A program made the position numbers and the translations under genes. The notes below the pieces were generated by a model. The model saw only the letters and a list, made by a program, of their open reading frames with translations. It was not told where the DNA came from and did not search any database. A DNA stretch of 64,000 bases from Octopus sinensis. Its lineage: Eukaryota. The DNA lies in NCBI RefSeq assembly GCF_006345805.1, contig NC_042997.1, forward strand, positions 186,434,001-186,498,000. Reading direction: 5' to 3'. Below, one piece after another: positions 1-13,823 of the stretch. Position 1 is the first letter of the stretch. Each line of letters opens with the position of its first letter.

Positions 1-52
<52 letters not shown>

Positions 53-185
53 TAGATAAACCCAATCATACCTGAATACATGCATACATATGTATGTATA
101 CATATGTGCACACATATATATATATATATATATATATGTGTGTATGTGTGTGTGTGTGTATGTGTCTATAGGTACATATACATAC

Positions 186-218
<33 letters not shown>

Positions 219-460
219 TGTATGTATGCATGTATGTATGTATGTATGTATGTTTGGAGTATACACGCACTCAGATACAATGTGCATGGGTGCACGCACA
301 CGAAAGTAAAGTTGATCACATTCTACCAAGAAACAATAACACCACTGACAGCAGCAGCAACAACAACAACAGCAACAATAGCAACCACAACCTCATTATC
401 ATTAGCAACAACAACAACAACAACAACAGCGGAAGCAGCAGCAGCAGCAGCTAGAGCAGC
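1..460. repeat. Compound microsatellite block (TA)n,(GA)n,(TG)n,(TATG)n,(CAA/CAG)n
   Basis: Directly visible simple repeats; the ORFs here are translations of these repeats. Confidence 0.95.
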
Positions 461-1016
461 ATGTTATCTATAATGTTGAACAACCAATAAATTAATTAGA
501 TAGAACGACACCCCCCACCACCACCACCTTATCCATTCCTTGCCCCACCCCCCACCACCACCATCTCAGCTGCACATCCAGCGCCGTCTTTATGATCAGG
601 AATTAACAATTAAACCCAACCAACAACCCACCTATAATTAGTATTAATACTTCCCCCAACTCACACACCCTCTCTCTCTCTCTCACTGTTACCTTGAAAT
701 CGATGATTTTTCTCAACTAAATTTAATTAAATCTACAACTTTATTTCGACATTAAAATTTTTTTTATGTGTGTGGGCAAGGATGGAGGGAGAGAGGAGTG
801 CATTAAATTCTTTTACATTATTTTGTATTGTTTTGGGTTCCTTAAGTAGTGGCTTCATTAAATCTTAAATAACACAGCCCTCACTCTCTCTCACACACAC
901 ACACCTTTTTAAAATTTACGTTAATTGTTCTAATACCTTGTTTGTTGTTATTGTTTGTAGAAAATCTATTTTTGATCAGAGATTAATATTAACGAATTTG
1001 GGTAATAGAAGGGTGG

Positions 1017-1065
<49 letters not shown>

Positions 1066-1127
1066 AGATAATGTGCGTGTATATATGTGTGTATAGATGT
1101 ATCTATCTATAATATAGATATAATATA

Positions 1128-1175
<48 letters not shown>

Positions 1176-1184
1176 GAACATACT

Positions 1185-1220
<36 letters not shown>

Positions 1221-1316
1221 GATATATATATATATATACATATATTATATATCATACATATATATATATATATATAATATATATACATACATATATACCA
1301 TATACATATAAACATG

Positions 1317-1362
<46 letters not shown>

Positions 1363-1852
1363 CATGTGTGTGCGTGTGCGTGTTTCTTTTCTTATATCGC
1401 ATAAAAGAGTAAAATATACCGTAGAAGTCACGCATGCGTGCAAATAGCTCTTTTTCTCTTTCTTTTTGCTAGTTGTGTAAGGGAAGTTTCAGAAATGTTA
1501 TTATAGTTGTCGTTTTTGTTCTTGTTGTTGATGATGATGATGATGACGACGACGACGATGACGACAATGACAACGACGATGATTGCGGTGAAGAGGATGT
1601 GATGATTGCGACGACGACGACGACGACGACGAGGATAATATTGCCTTGTCCTGGAACAACTCTGATCGAACTGATCAATAATCGAAAATGTTCCAGTCTT
1701 GACCATTCGTTTCTTTTTGTATAGCAGTGCTCTGAACCAATTAAGCTAAACCGCCACATGTATGCCAGATTAAAGGATAAAGGAATCAAGATGCATTATA
1801 ACAATTGTGAACGCATATTAGCGATATATATTTTACTGAATATTTTAGAATT

Positions 1853-2050
1853 AGACGCAGGAGTGGCTGTGTGGTAAGTAGCTTGCTAACCAACCACATG
1901 AGTCCGGATTCAGTCCCACTGCGTGGCATCTTGGGCAAGTGTCTTCTACTATAGCCCCGGGCCGACCAATGCCTTGTGAGTGGATTTGGTAGACGGAAAC
2001 TGAAAGAAACCTGTCGTATATATGTATGTATATATATTATATTAATATAT

Positions 2051-2115
<65 letters not shown>

Positions 2116-2365
2116 ATATATATATATATATATAATATATATATGTATGTGTGTGTGTGTTTGTGTGTCTGTGTTTGTCCCCCTAGCATTGCTTGAAAAC
2201 CGATGCTGGTGTGTTTACGTCCCCGTTACTTAGCGGTTCGGCAAAAGAGACCGATAGAATAAGTTCTGGGGCTTACAAAGAATAAGTCCCGGGGTCGATT
2301 TGCTCGACTAGAGGGGGTGCTCCAGCATAGCCGCAGTCAAATGACTGAAACAAGTAAAAGAGTAA
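1853..2365 (+). mobile_element. tRNA-derived SINE family A, full copy with internal (TA)/(TG) microsatellite
   Basis: Head with A-box-like TGGCTGTGTGG and B-box-like GATTCAGTCCC; body ...CCTTGTGAGTGGATTTGGTAGACGGAAACTGAAAGAA; tail CAAATGACTGAAACAAGTAAAAGAG. More than 12 homologous copies in the window. Confidence 0.9.
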
Positions 2366-2499
2366 TTAAAAATAATTATAAAATGTTCTTTTTAAATTTG
2401 ATTAGTAGGTTCGGCTACATATAACTGAGAGCCAGATCTGGCAAGAGGGCCATTTATGTTTGACAATTCTGAAATAGGATTCTCGCATACAATTGAAAT

Positions 2500-2922
2500 A
2501 TTGGCACACGGCTAACAATTTCGAGGGAGGGGATAAGTCGATTACATCGACCCCCGGGGTTCAAGTGGTACGTATTTTATCGTACCTGGAAGGATGAAAG
2601 CTAAAGTCAACCTCGGCGGAATTTGAACTCAGAATGTAAAGACAGACGAAATAACGCTAAGCATTTTTGCCTGGCGTGCTAACGATTCTTATTTCTTTAT
2701 TACCCACAAGAGGCTAAACATAGATGGGAAAAACAAGGACAGACAAAAGGATTAAGTCGATTACATCGACCCCAGTGCGTAACTGGTACTTAATTTATCG
2801 ACCCCGAAAGGATGAAAGGCAAAGTTACCTTGGCGGAATTTGGACTCAGAACGTAACGGCAGACGAAATACCGCTAAGCATTTTTGCCCGGCGTGCTAAC
2901 GATTCTGCCAGCTCATCGCCTT
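2500..2922 (-). mobile_element. SINE family B, tandem dimer (full unit followed by head-truncated unit)
   Basis: Two copies of GAGTTCAAATTCCGCCGAGGTYRACTTTGCCTTTCATCC on the minus strand; junction near 2689. Confidence 0.85.
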
Positions 2923-3183
2923 GTAAAGCCGATAAATTAGTACCAGTTATACACTGGAACTGACTCAGATTATTCGGCGCTTACTTTAAAATAGGCAGGC
3001 TGATTCAAGGAAACCAATGATATTACTGGTCAAGAAATGGTAAACGTCAAACTTCAGAGCTTTTGCTTTTTGACGCAAAAGCCAATCAGGTAGATATAAG
3101 CAAATGGAAAAAGGTCTTTCACTAAAATGATTAACAGCAAAACTATTTCCAAGGATACAACATAGATTCATAAAGCACTAAAG

Positions 3184-3750
3184 TATTGGGTTGTCCGGAA
3201 AGTTTGTGCCGATTTATAGTAGCTTACCTTTCAACTTGTTTTAGAACATGGTTGAGTCCATAAAATAGGATTTGACTACACCTCCATTTAGAGCACAGTT
3301 TAAGCTATCTTTTCGTGGAAGAATGTTTATGTTCCTATAACCTGTGTTAATTCTGTAACCCTTTAAAATGGAAGATAAGAAAGTTCATTTTTGGCACTGA
3401 AGCTTTGGGAACCAGACAAAAATTGGCTGCAGCTCGGCTGGGATGGTTACCCACCTCCATATTCACCAGATATGCTCCTTCGGATTTTCACTTATTCAGG
3501 TCTCTGCAGAATAGTCTTAATGGTAAAAATTTCAATTCCTTTGATGAGGTAAAAAGATACCATTATTGAATTCTTAGTCATGAAATCACCTCAATTCTGG
3601 GAAGAGGGCATTTTCAAGTTAAAGGAAAGATGGAGACGCATTGTGCAACAAAATGGTTCACATTTAGTTGATTAAAAATGTAACGGCATGTATTTATTGA
3701 CCTTTTTCTTTCCTTTAAAAATCGACACGAACTTTCCAGACAACCTAATA
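3184..3750 (+). mobile_element. Internally deleted mariner (Tc1/mariner D34D) element
   Basis: ~30-bp TIRs (ttgggttgtccggaaagtttgtgccgattt / aaatcgacacgaactttccagacaacctaa) flanked by TA; frameshifted remnant PPYSPD..PSDFHLFRSLQNSLNGKNFNSFDEVK...WEEGIFKLKERWRRIVQQNGSHLVD*. Confidence 0.92.
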
Positions 3751-4640
3751 GTTAACAGTTATTGTCTTTTTTGATGCTGCTGTTCTCCATTCTCAGTTCG
3801 GCACTGATTTAGCAACTTTTGATTAAGGACATTCCACCTGTGACAATCCAGTCTTACTTTTCTGGGATCTTTCTTGTATCTATGGCAACATTAGCTAATG
3901 TGTCTTTCAAAAGTAGTTAGTTGTTAAATCATGTTGTCTGAGCTGACAAGTGACAGAATGCCCGAGGGGGCTTGTATATTAATTTATCTGGCCAAAAGTA
4001 ATAGACTTCTATCACCACCACCACCAACACCATCACCACCACCATCACCACCATAACAACCGAAATCACTAATACCGGCCAACATTTCACAATTATTATT
4101 GCCATAACAGCCATCGTCTTGTCTTAATCACTTTAATAGACATCGATTGTAGAATACAAACTTGATGACAGATTAAATTAGGGAACGGTTATGATTGCAA
4201 TATTGTCGCCATTACCAGCACTATCATCTTCCACAATGCCAACACCACCCCCACCACCATCACAACCACCACCATTACCTTCATTCATGCAACTAATACA
4301 ACAACGACCATCATCACCCCCGTTGCTTTTACTACGGAAGCTGCAGCTGCCTGCCCTCCCACAATGACAACAATACGTAAGAGAAACTGTTACTACCGTC
4401 TGTATTCTTCCTGTTCGTCTAACACAATTTATTTAGTAACACCTGTGCCGTGGCCACCACCCAAATCATTACTGCCAATACTATAACAACAATTATCGCT
4501 TTCACCACTACAATGATCCATCAAAGAAGCTATAGTCACTCAATCTTCTTAACATGCTAAGTATGTTACCGTCCAAATATTTGCCCGGTCTTTTATTATT
4601 CAACTAGGTAGCCCCGTGCCGTCAAAAATGACGGCTAACT

Positions 4641-5038
4641 GGAGTGGCTGTGTGGTAAGTAGCTTGTTTACCAACCACATGGTTCCGAGTTCAGTCCCAC
4701 TGCGTGGCACCTTCGGCAAGTGTCTTCTACTATAGCCTCGGGCCGACCAATGCCTTGTGAGTGGATTTGGTAGACGGAAACTGAAAGAAGCCCGTCGTAT
4801 ATATGTATATATATGTGTGTGTGTGTATGTTTGTGTGTCTGTGTTTGTCCCCACCCCAACATCGGTTGACAACCGATGCTAGTGTGTTTACGTCACCGTC
4901 ACTTAGCGGTTCGGCAAAAGAGACCGATAGAATAAGTACTGGGCTTACAAAAGAATAAGTCCCGGGGTCGATTTGCTCGATTAAAGGCGGTGCTTCAGCA
5001 TGGCCGCAGTCAAATGACTGAAACAAGTAAAAGAGTAA
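4641..5038 (+). mobile_element. SINE family A copy
   Basis: Near-identical to the copies at 1853 and 26299; B-box GAGTTCAGTCCC. Confidence 0.9.
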
Positions 5039-5127
5039 ATAAGGTACGAAACCAAGTTTTTAGTTTAATAATTCTTTTATTACCAAATTTATATATATTT
5101 AAATTTAAGATACTATATGATCTAGCC

Positions 5128-5312
5128 AAGGCGGCGAGTTAGAAGAATTGTTAGTAAGCCAGACAAAATACTTGGCGGGATTTCGTCCGACTTTTCGTTC
5201 TTTGTACAAATTCCACCGAGGTTGACTTTGCGTTTCATACTTTTGGAATCGATATAACCGACTTACGTCACTCCCATGAAATTACTGACCTTGTGGCAAA
5301 ATTTGAAACCAA
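5128..5312 (+). mobile_element. Diverged SINE family B copy (tail type 2)
   Basis: aaggcggcgag head, aaattccaccgaggttgactttgcgtttcat core, ...aaaatttgaaacc tail. Confidence 0.7.
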
Positions 5313-5658
5313 TACGTAATTGAATATATTCAAAGCAAAGCTAGCGAATGCTGGCAGCTTTTTCTACGTAAGATTCAGACAAAGAAACTGCTGGTAGTTA
5401 CCAACATTGATTTCAGTTGACCAAATAAAATTGGTACTCGGCTTTATAGAATTGAATACTGCTTCATTCGCTCTATCATCCTGTATATGTGTGTGTGTGG
5501 CTGTATATATTATATATATATATATATATACCTGCCCATATATGCACATATGTATACATACATATGTATGCATGTATTCAGGTATGTATGGGTTTATCTA
5601 TCTATCTATCTATATATCTATCTATCTATCTATCGATCTATCTATCTATCTATCTATC

Positions 5659-5689
<31 letters not shown>

Positions 5690-6326
5690 ACACACTCACA
5701 TACATGTGTATGTTAGTTTCTGTGTCTGTAGGATAGACGTTTTAAGTAGCATACAGAATAGTATGTTGGTAATGATGATGAGGATGATAATAATAATAAT
5801 AATAACAACAGCAACAACCATAATAAAAGAGCAATTGGACATACATATATATATAGCTAGATAGATAGGTAGATACATACATACATTCATAGATATACAC
5901 ACATATGTGTGTACATATGAATGCATGTATGTGTGTGTTCGTACGCGTATGTGTATATACTTACATAAGTGCATGTATATGTGCCTACATACATACATAC
6001 AGAAATATATAAATATGTATGTGTGTATTCCTTTCCTATTGAAACACACGCAAATATTTTATTCGTATTTGGCAACTATCTATTTTCATAAAAAAATTAA
6101 AATTTCAAACTTCAAATTATAATGTTTTGTTCCGTTTAGAAAAAAAAAGCAATTTTACATAAAACAAATGTCAAAATATTTTTATAAGCAATAAAATAAT
6201 TTTTTTCATTATTTCTAAACAAAATTTGCAATTTTTTTTTTCCTGTAGTTCATTTATAAATACATGCATGATACCCATATATATATAATATATATGATAT
6301 ATATATATATTATATATATTATATAT

Positions 6327-6417
<91 letters not shown>

Positions 6418-7533
6418 GAATATGTATGTATTTGTTTATTGTATTTCTATTTTCTTTCTAGCATTTCAAATTTGATTTCATCCATTTCAAAAACATCATT
6501 TCTACAGTGAGTGGCAAAAGAATACACAAGAAAAAACAAACATAATAGGATATCGTGTTTTTTATAAATGCCGAGATAAAGATGACTGCTCGAGAATTGA
6601 ACAACATGTCGGCTTTCGTTTGTCTGCAGATCTGTTTTTTTGAGAGTGAAAATAAATCACGAGAAATAAATTATTTCTTACGTAGATACATGACCGAGTC
6701 TTTTATCACCTCGGTATATCCGAATAGATAGAAGTGAGTATTTGGCTAATTCTATAATTTATGGACTCCAGTACGAACGAAGGTAAAATTTGTTTTCGGG
6801 CTCAAAAGTCCAGCTGAGGTCAAAATTCAACTTTTAGCTTGAGTTCAAAGCGTGCGATTTGAGCTCAGATTTTGACTTTCAGTTAAATACAATCTGAGAA
6901 AGCTTTAACGCGTGTGGTCTCTGCGAAGTTCGTTAGAAGAAAAGATGAAAGAAAGGTGTGTGAGTAATGAGTAGCAACGTGCTACAAACAAGATAGTGGG
7001 AAGGAGAGGGTGAGAGACTGAGAGTGTGAAAGGAAAAGCAACATAGAGCGAGAAAAGGATAGTATAAGTAGTCACTATGTACACACACACACACACGCAC
7101 ACACACATATATATATATATATATAATTGGTATTTTTTTCCTCCTTCTTCCCTTTGGACTTGCCTGTTTTTCCTTTTTCCGAAGAAGAGCCATGCTCGAC
7201 ACGTAAAGCAACTACTCTTTTCCGTCTCCGAGCGTCATTTAATACATCGCTTGTGCTAGGTCCTCTTTTTGTTTTTTGTTTTCTTTTCCCCTTTTTTCCC
7301 TGTTTTTTAATTAATCATATGTGTGTGTATGTGTGCGTATATATGCATTCGAAGCGCGGAGTAGATGAAGCAGGCACAACTGAAGAAGGGGAATATTCTT
7401 TATGCTGCATATCACGCTTCTGTTTTATTCGTTGTTCCCCAAAAAGTTCGTTTCTGTTTTTGTTTTTGTTTTCATTTTCATTGTGTTCAAAGTTTTTTTG
7501 ATGTCCTGTACCATTAAATGCATGTGTATATAT

Positions 7534-7573
<40 letters not shown>

Positions 7574-7958
7574 GGTATGCACATATATGTATTTATAATG
7601 CATCTATTTATATATTATATATATACATATTATACATTATATATATTAATATATATATATAATACATATATGTATGCGTGTGTATGTATATATATATATA
7701 TATATGCTCGAAATGGGGAGTAGATACACAGCCGACACTGAGAAAGGGTTGTTTCTCTGTTTACTTGTCCTATTTTCCATTTTCTCTCGTGTTTTTTTAA
7801 TTATTTAACACGTTTGTCTACGTATTTCATGTTATTTACACAGTTGGTGACGACCTGTACCCTATCTAATATATATATATATATACAAAAATACATATAC
7901 ATATATATATGGATAGATAGATAGATAGATTATTATATATACCTATACATACATATAG

Positions 7959-8019
<61 letters not shown>

Positions 8020-8246
8020 CAATACGTGAATGAATTATTCTATGTGTATCGTCAGCATGGAAAATTCATTGAACCGATACCAGGGTAGCAAATTCGCGTC
8101 AGAAACATGGTTGAAGCGACCTGCCAAGGGTAGAAACTCCGGGTTCATTTGCAGAAATTTGTGTGTTATATATGAATAAATGAAACATATGTCGAGAGTA
8201 AAGGGATTTTGTTAACATCTTCGTTCGACTCCATTCTTTCATTATT

Positions 8247-8289
<43 letters not shown>

Positions 8290-8340
8290 CTATACAGGCA
8301 CATACACAAATATTATATATGCATATGCATACATACACAT

Positions 8341-8615
8341 AGGCGCAGACGTAGCTGTATGGTGAGAAGTTCGCTTCCCAACCACATGGTTCCGGACAAG
8401 TGTCTTCTTCCATAAACTGGAGTCGACTAAACCTTTGTGAGAGGATTTGTTAGACGGAAACTGAAAAAAGTCCGTCGTGCGTGTGTGTGTGTGTGTATGT
8501 GTGCTTGTATCAGCGTTTGTTCCCCACGTACCCACCACCACTTGAGAACTGGTGTTGGTGTGTCTACGACGCCCGCAACTTAGCAGTTCGGCAAACGAAT
8601 CCGATAAAATAAGAA
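8341..8615 (+). mobile_element. Diverged, partly deleted SINE family A copy
   Basis: aggcgcag head, ccaaccacatggttcc, tagacggaaactgaaa and ttagcagttcggcaaa motifs. Confidence 0.7.
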
Positions 8616-8719
8616 AAATATAAAGATGCATATATATGTGTCCATAAATGTGTATTTATGCACATATACGTATTTGTGCATGGTTAGTCCACATTCCTTT
8701 ATAAGGTACATATAGCTGG

Positions 8720-8923
8720 TTTCTCGGTTCCTCTGGCGTATATATACTTCCGGGACGCCGGTCCGTCGCAGGATTGTTAAATTTTACCAGCTGAATAGAT
8801 TGGATCAATGTGAGATGAAGTGTTTTGCTCAAGAACACAACTCGACACCCGGTGCAGGAATCGAAACCACATTCTTATGATCATCAGTTCAACACCCTAA
8901 GCACTAAGTCATGCACCTCCACA
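8720..8923 (-). mobile_element. Diverged SINE family E copy
   Basis: Homologous to 18500-18748 (gaagtgttttgctcaagaacacaac; gggacgccggtccgtcgcag). Confidence 0.7.
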
Positions 8924-8962
8924 CAAATATGTGCATACAGCAACTACAAATATACAGATAAA

Positions 8963-9303
8963 AAAGGTAAAGACCTCCTTCGGTCATGAATAACCATGGA
9001 ATTGCACCAAGAAAGGTTCCCTGTGAGATAAAAGTCTGAGCAAGGTTGTTTATGGAAGACCATCAGTCGCCTATGCATACCAGCCCCCTCTGCACACCAC
9101 CGATGGTATCAAAGGGAAAGGTAAATGCTGATATAGCTTGGCACCTGTGACATCGCACCTCATTTCTACAAGTGAGTGAACTGGAGCAACGTGGAATAAA
9201 ATGTCTTGCTCAAGAGCGCAAAACACAAACCGATCCGAGAATGGAACCCACAACCTCATGATTGCGAGCCAGATGCTATAACCACTGAGCTATGTGCCTT
9301 CAC
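8963..9303 (-). mobile_element. SINE family D copy (CORE-like)
   Basis: Reverse complement aligns along the length of 36843-37180. Confidence 0.8.
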
Positions 9304-9764
9304 ACGTACAGACACGCACATGAATTTTTATATATAGTTACGTCTGCGTGTGCATGAGAGAGAGTGAAAGAGAGAGAGAGGGAGAGAGAGAGAGAAATAA
9401 CGAGAGAGAAAGGGAGAGAGAAAGATGCAATGTCTACGAAAGCTTGTTATTCTAAATGCAAATATTCGAAACACACGAACGTATTCAGACTCTCCCCAAA
9501 TATATCATCAGATAGTACCCCCCGGTAAAGAATGTAACTCTACTTGCAGTAGACAAGCAGTCTCGTAACACGTTCCACTCCTTTTTTTTGCGTGGTTGAA
9601 TAATTTGGTCTGGTGAGAGTGCCAACAGCAAGAATAATTACCCCAGTCAAATATTAACATTTGTAAAAATCATCTCATATATAGCAGCAAAGAGTAATTA
9701 TTGCAAATCAGTAAATATATATATATATATATATATATAATATGTAGTAATTATAGCAAATTAG

Positions 9765-9812
<48 letters not shown>

Positions 9813-10312
9813 TATTATATATATATATTATATATATATATTATATATAGTATAATATAATTATGTATATATATATATATATGTGTATTAGATATATGTA
9901 TATATATGTATATATATATATGTATATATGTATAATGTATATATATATATGTATATATGTATATATATTATAATATATGTATATATGTATACATGTATAT
10001 ATATAAAATACATATATATATATATATATATAATATATTATATATATATATATATACTGTGTTGTATGGCTCACAATCATGTGGTTGTATGCGTTTATGT
10101 AAGGTATTGGTGTAGGTAAGAGCGGTAAGTTTTGTAAGAATAAATACCAAATATTAGAATATAAAGTTATGATAATACACACAAACACACACGAACACAT
10201 ACACGAACACACATACGCGCACATACCCCCACACAAACACACACAAGCACATACACTCACACAAACTTACATACATATATATATATACACACACATATAC
10301 CTCCACATATCT

Positions 10313-10717
10313 CTTTTACTCTTTTATTTGTCTCAGTTGACTGCAGCCATGCTGGAGCACCGCCTTTAGTCGAGCACATCGACCCCCTGGACTTATTCTT
10401 TGTAAGCCTAGTACTTATTCCATTGGTCTCTTTTGCCGAACCGCTAAGTTACGGCGACGTAAACACACCAGCATCGGTTGTCAAGCGATGTTGGGGGGAC
10501 AAACACAGACACACAAACATATACACACACACACACACACATATACATATATACAACGGGCTTCTTTCAGTTTCCGTCTACCAAATCCACTCACAAGGCA
10601 TTGGTCGACCCGAGGCTATAGTAGAAGACACTTGCCGAAGGTGCCACGCACTGGGACTGAACCCGGAACCATGTGGTTGGTAAACAATCTACTTACCACA
10701 CAGCCATTCCTACGCCT
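10313..10717 (-). mobile_element. SINE family A copy
   Basis: Reverse complement of the family A sequence, including head and tail. Confidence 0.9.
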
Positions 10718-10917
10718 ATATATACAACATATATACGTACACATACAATGTGTATACTTTCACAGATACAACACATGTATTTTCGTATATACAACAGATA
10801 CAACACATGTAATTTCGTATATAATCTCATGTGAACCGTAGACTGGATTGTACGAGGTGACATCATGATTCTTATATTTGTTGTTCGGTTTATTCGCTCT
10901 GATTTGTTGCACAGCGA

Positions 10918-11127
10918 TGGGAGCACGCCGGGCGAAATGCGTCGCCGTATTTCGTCTGCTGTTACGTTCTGAGTTCAAATTCCGCCGAGGTCTACTTTGC
11001 CTTTCATCCTTTCGGGGTCGATAAATTAAGTACCAGTTACGCACTGGGGTCGATGTAATCGACTTAATCCGTTTGTCTGTCCTTGTTTGTCCCCTCTATG
11101 TTTAGCCCCTTGTGGGTAATAAAGAAA
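10918..11127 (+). mobile_element. SINE family B copy (head-truncated)
   Basis: gcacgccgggcgaaatgc...gagttcaaattccgccgaggtc...gggtaataaagaaa. Confidence 0.88.
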
Positions 11128-11402
11128 CAGATTATTGCCTTGACCAATTCTTCCTGGCCTTTATTCTCGATCTGAGACAGTTCTCTACTGTAACTTTGTG
11201 TTGGTGTGCAACGTGTATTATTATTTGAGGAATTGGCAAAGTTACGCATGTCTGTATCTTGTATGCATTGAATCTTCTCTAAGTATCCACAAATACATAG
11301 GATTTACAAATGCAATGCAATATACACTCGGTCTTTGAGCGACTTTACATGCAGTAATAAGTTGTGCGAAACAGAGTTTATTTTAACGAGATACCACTAG
11401 AA

Positions 11403-11514
11403 ATCATCTGATGAGACACATCTACACCGAGGGATACACCTAAATCGAAATCAGTTGTGCAGTATCTCACCCGCGAGGGATTGATGCTAGAGGGGTCGAA
11501 ACTATTGTAGTGAT
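11403..11514 (+). ncRNA. Type I hammerhead ribozyme motif (Penelope pLTR-like), canonical core
   Basis: Stem I ATCAT/GTGAT; CTGATGA 11408-11414; stem II GACACATCTA/TAGAGGGGTC (8 of 10 paired) with long extension; GAAAC 11498-11502; stem III AC-tatt-GT; GTA cleavage triplet 11507-11509. Confidence 0.72.
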
Positions 11515-11559
11515 CAGTAAAGCTTCTCGTATATCCCATTTTCTGTTTCTCTAATTAAT

Positions 11560-11594
<35 letters not shown>

Positions 11595-11596
<2 letters not shown>

Positions 11597-11996
11597 CTCT
11601 TTTACTTGTTTCAGTTATTTGACTACGGCCAAGCTGGAGCACCGCCTTTAATCGAACAACTCGACCCCGGGACTTATTCTTTTGTAAGCCTAGTACTTAT
11701 TCTATCGGTCTCTTTTGCCGAACCGCAAAGTAACGGGGACATAAACACGCCAGCATCGGTTGTCAAGCAATGCTAGGGGAACAAAACACAGACACACAAA
11801 CACACACACGCATATATATATATTCATATATACGACGGGCTTCTTTCAGTTTCCGTCTACCAAATCCACTCACAAGGCTTTGGTCGGCCCGAGGCTATAG
11901 TAGTAGACACTTGCCCTAGGTACCACGCAGTGGGACTGAACTCGGAACCATGTGGTTGGTAAACAAGCTACATACCACACAGCCACTCCTGCGCCT
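11595..11996 (-). mobile_element. SINE family A copy
   Basis: Full reverse-complement copy. Confidence 0.9.
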
Positions 11997-12536
11997 ATAT
12001 ATATATATATACATAAATTATCTGAGCGTGCATGTGTGTGCGCGCGTATGTCTGCATATATACGCCCATACAGCATGAACCAACTTCTTTGATAAAGAAT
12101 CAGCAACTAACAAGAAGCGTGTTCAGCACCAGGAAAAGGATCAGTACAATTTTTTTTTTTTGTTTTTTTAATGGAATTTGAATTAGTCATCTCGTACCAA
12201 TGGTTTCATGCTGATGAAGTCATTTTTCAAATAGGAATACGATTAAAAACATTGGAACTAGAACAATAACGTAAATTCCATTTCAAATATTGTATATTAA
12301 ATGTATATTATATAATCATATTTGCAGGTAAATATTTTTAAACTGATATATATATATATGATATATATATATATCATATGTTATATATTATATATTAAAC
12401 ATATATACACATATATACATGTATATTGTATGCTGTATATTTGTGCATAAATGTATTCGCAATGTATAGACGCTCAAGCACAGAAACTTGCGCTTGCAAT
12501 ATATGTAGTATATATATGTATGTATATATACATACA

Positions 12537-12569
<33 letters not shown>

Positions 12570-13778
12570 TATATATATATATATAATATATATATATATA
12601 ATATATATATATATATATACGCCTATATATATATATAAACAAAAAGTCATCCTTATAATTCATAGACCTTGGAGAAACAGGTTATTTTATTCCTTCAATA
12701 TACTTAAAAGGGACTCTGAACTAATTTAATTTCGCAACTATAAACTGTTTATTCCAACAAAAAAAAAATTTCAACTCCTGTTGCCGCTAAAATTATATTT
12801 GTTCATATTATTTATCGTATGCTAAAATTGACCCAACAGTTCTATTCCTCCACTATTCCATATCATCGAACATTCACACGTCGATAATTTTCTATAATTA
12901 ATTTTATATATCTTTGTATAAACTCATGTTTAATTTCATCTTTTACAATTTTATATTTAATGATATACAGTTTTCGTTTACAGAACCCTTTCTCTATCAA
13001 TTATTATATGAGCCTTCTAGATCTTTCAACTTTTTTCTCCTGCTCTTACTCTTTCTCTCTCTTTCTCTTTCTCTCTATCTCTCTCTCTCTGTCTTTATCT
13101 CTTCTCTCTCTCTCTCTTTCTCCCCCCCCCCTTCTCCATTTTTACATATACCGGTTACAGAAGCTTTCTTAAAAGAGTAAAGTATATAACCATACCATTT
13201 CCTTTTTGTTTCAATTTCGTCATTTCACAACATTTTCGAATCTGCCTTTTTTTTTCAATTACACATATTGTTAATGTGCTTTTTAAATCAACATATTATA
13301 TGATTGTTCAAAACCAGTTTATGCTTTTCTTCTTTTAATTTCCCCCTCTTTTCCATTACTGTGTTCTTACCTCATTTTGTTTATTATTTATTTATTCACT
13401 CATTTGCTTATTTATTTAATTTTTATTCCCTCAACACTACAACCCACCTCAATGTTTCAACTTTTTAATTGTTGTTTTCCCCTTTTATATATATATATAT
13501 ATATTTTTCGTATTCAAAACTATATCAATGCTAAATTTATAGTCTCACAACAACCAATCGAATTACGAATTCATTTTGAAATATTATGCGATATTTCAAC
13601 AACAGTAAGATAAATTATATTTATGTAAATAATAATGATGTGATCTTAATATCTAAAAAACAAGAAAAAACATCATATCAATATGTGTGTGTTTGTGTGC
13701 AAATATGTTGTGTCTGCGTATATATAAATCTACGTGTATATGTATTATGTTTATGTGTGAATAAACATATGTACACAC

Positions 13779-13823
<45 letters not shown>

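Noticed and set aside
340-460. Possible polyglutamine exon (CAG/CAA run)
   Set aside because: The Q frame is interrupted by TAG; the flanks are simple repeats.
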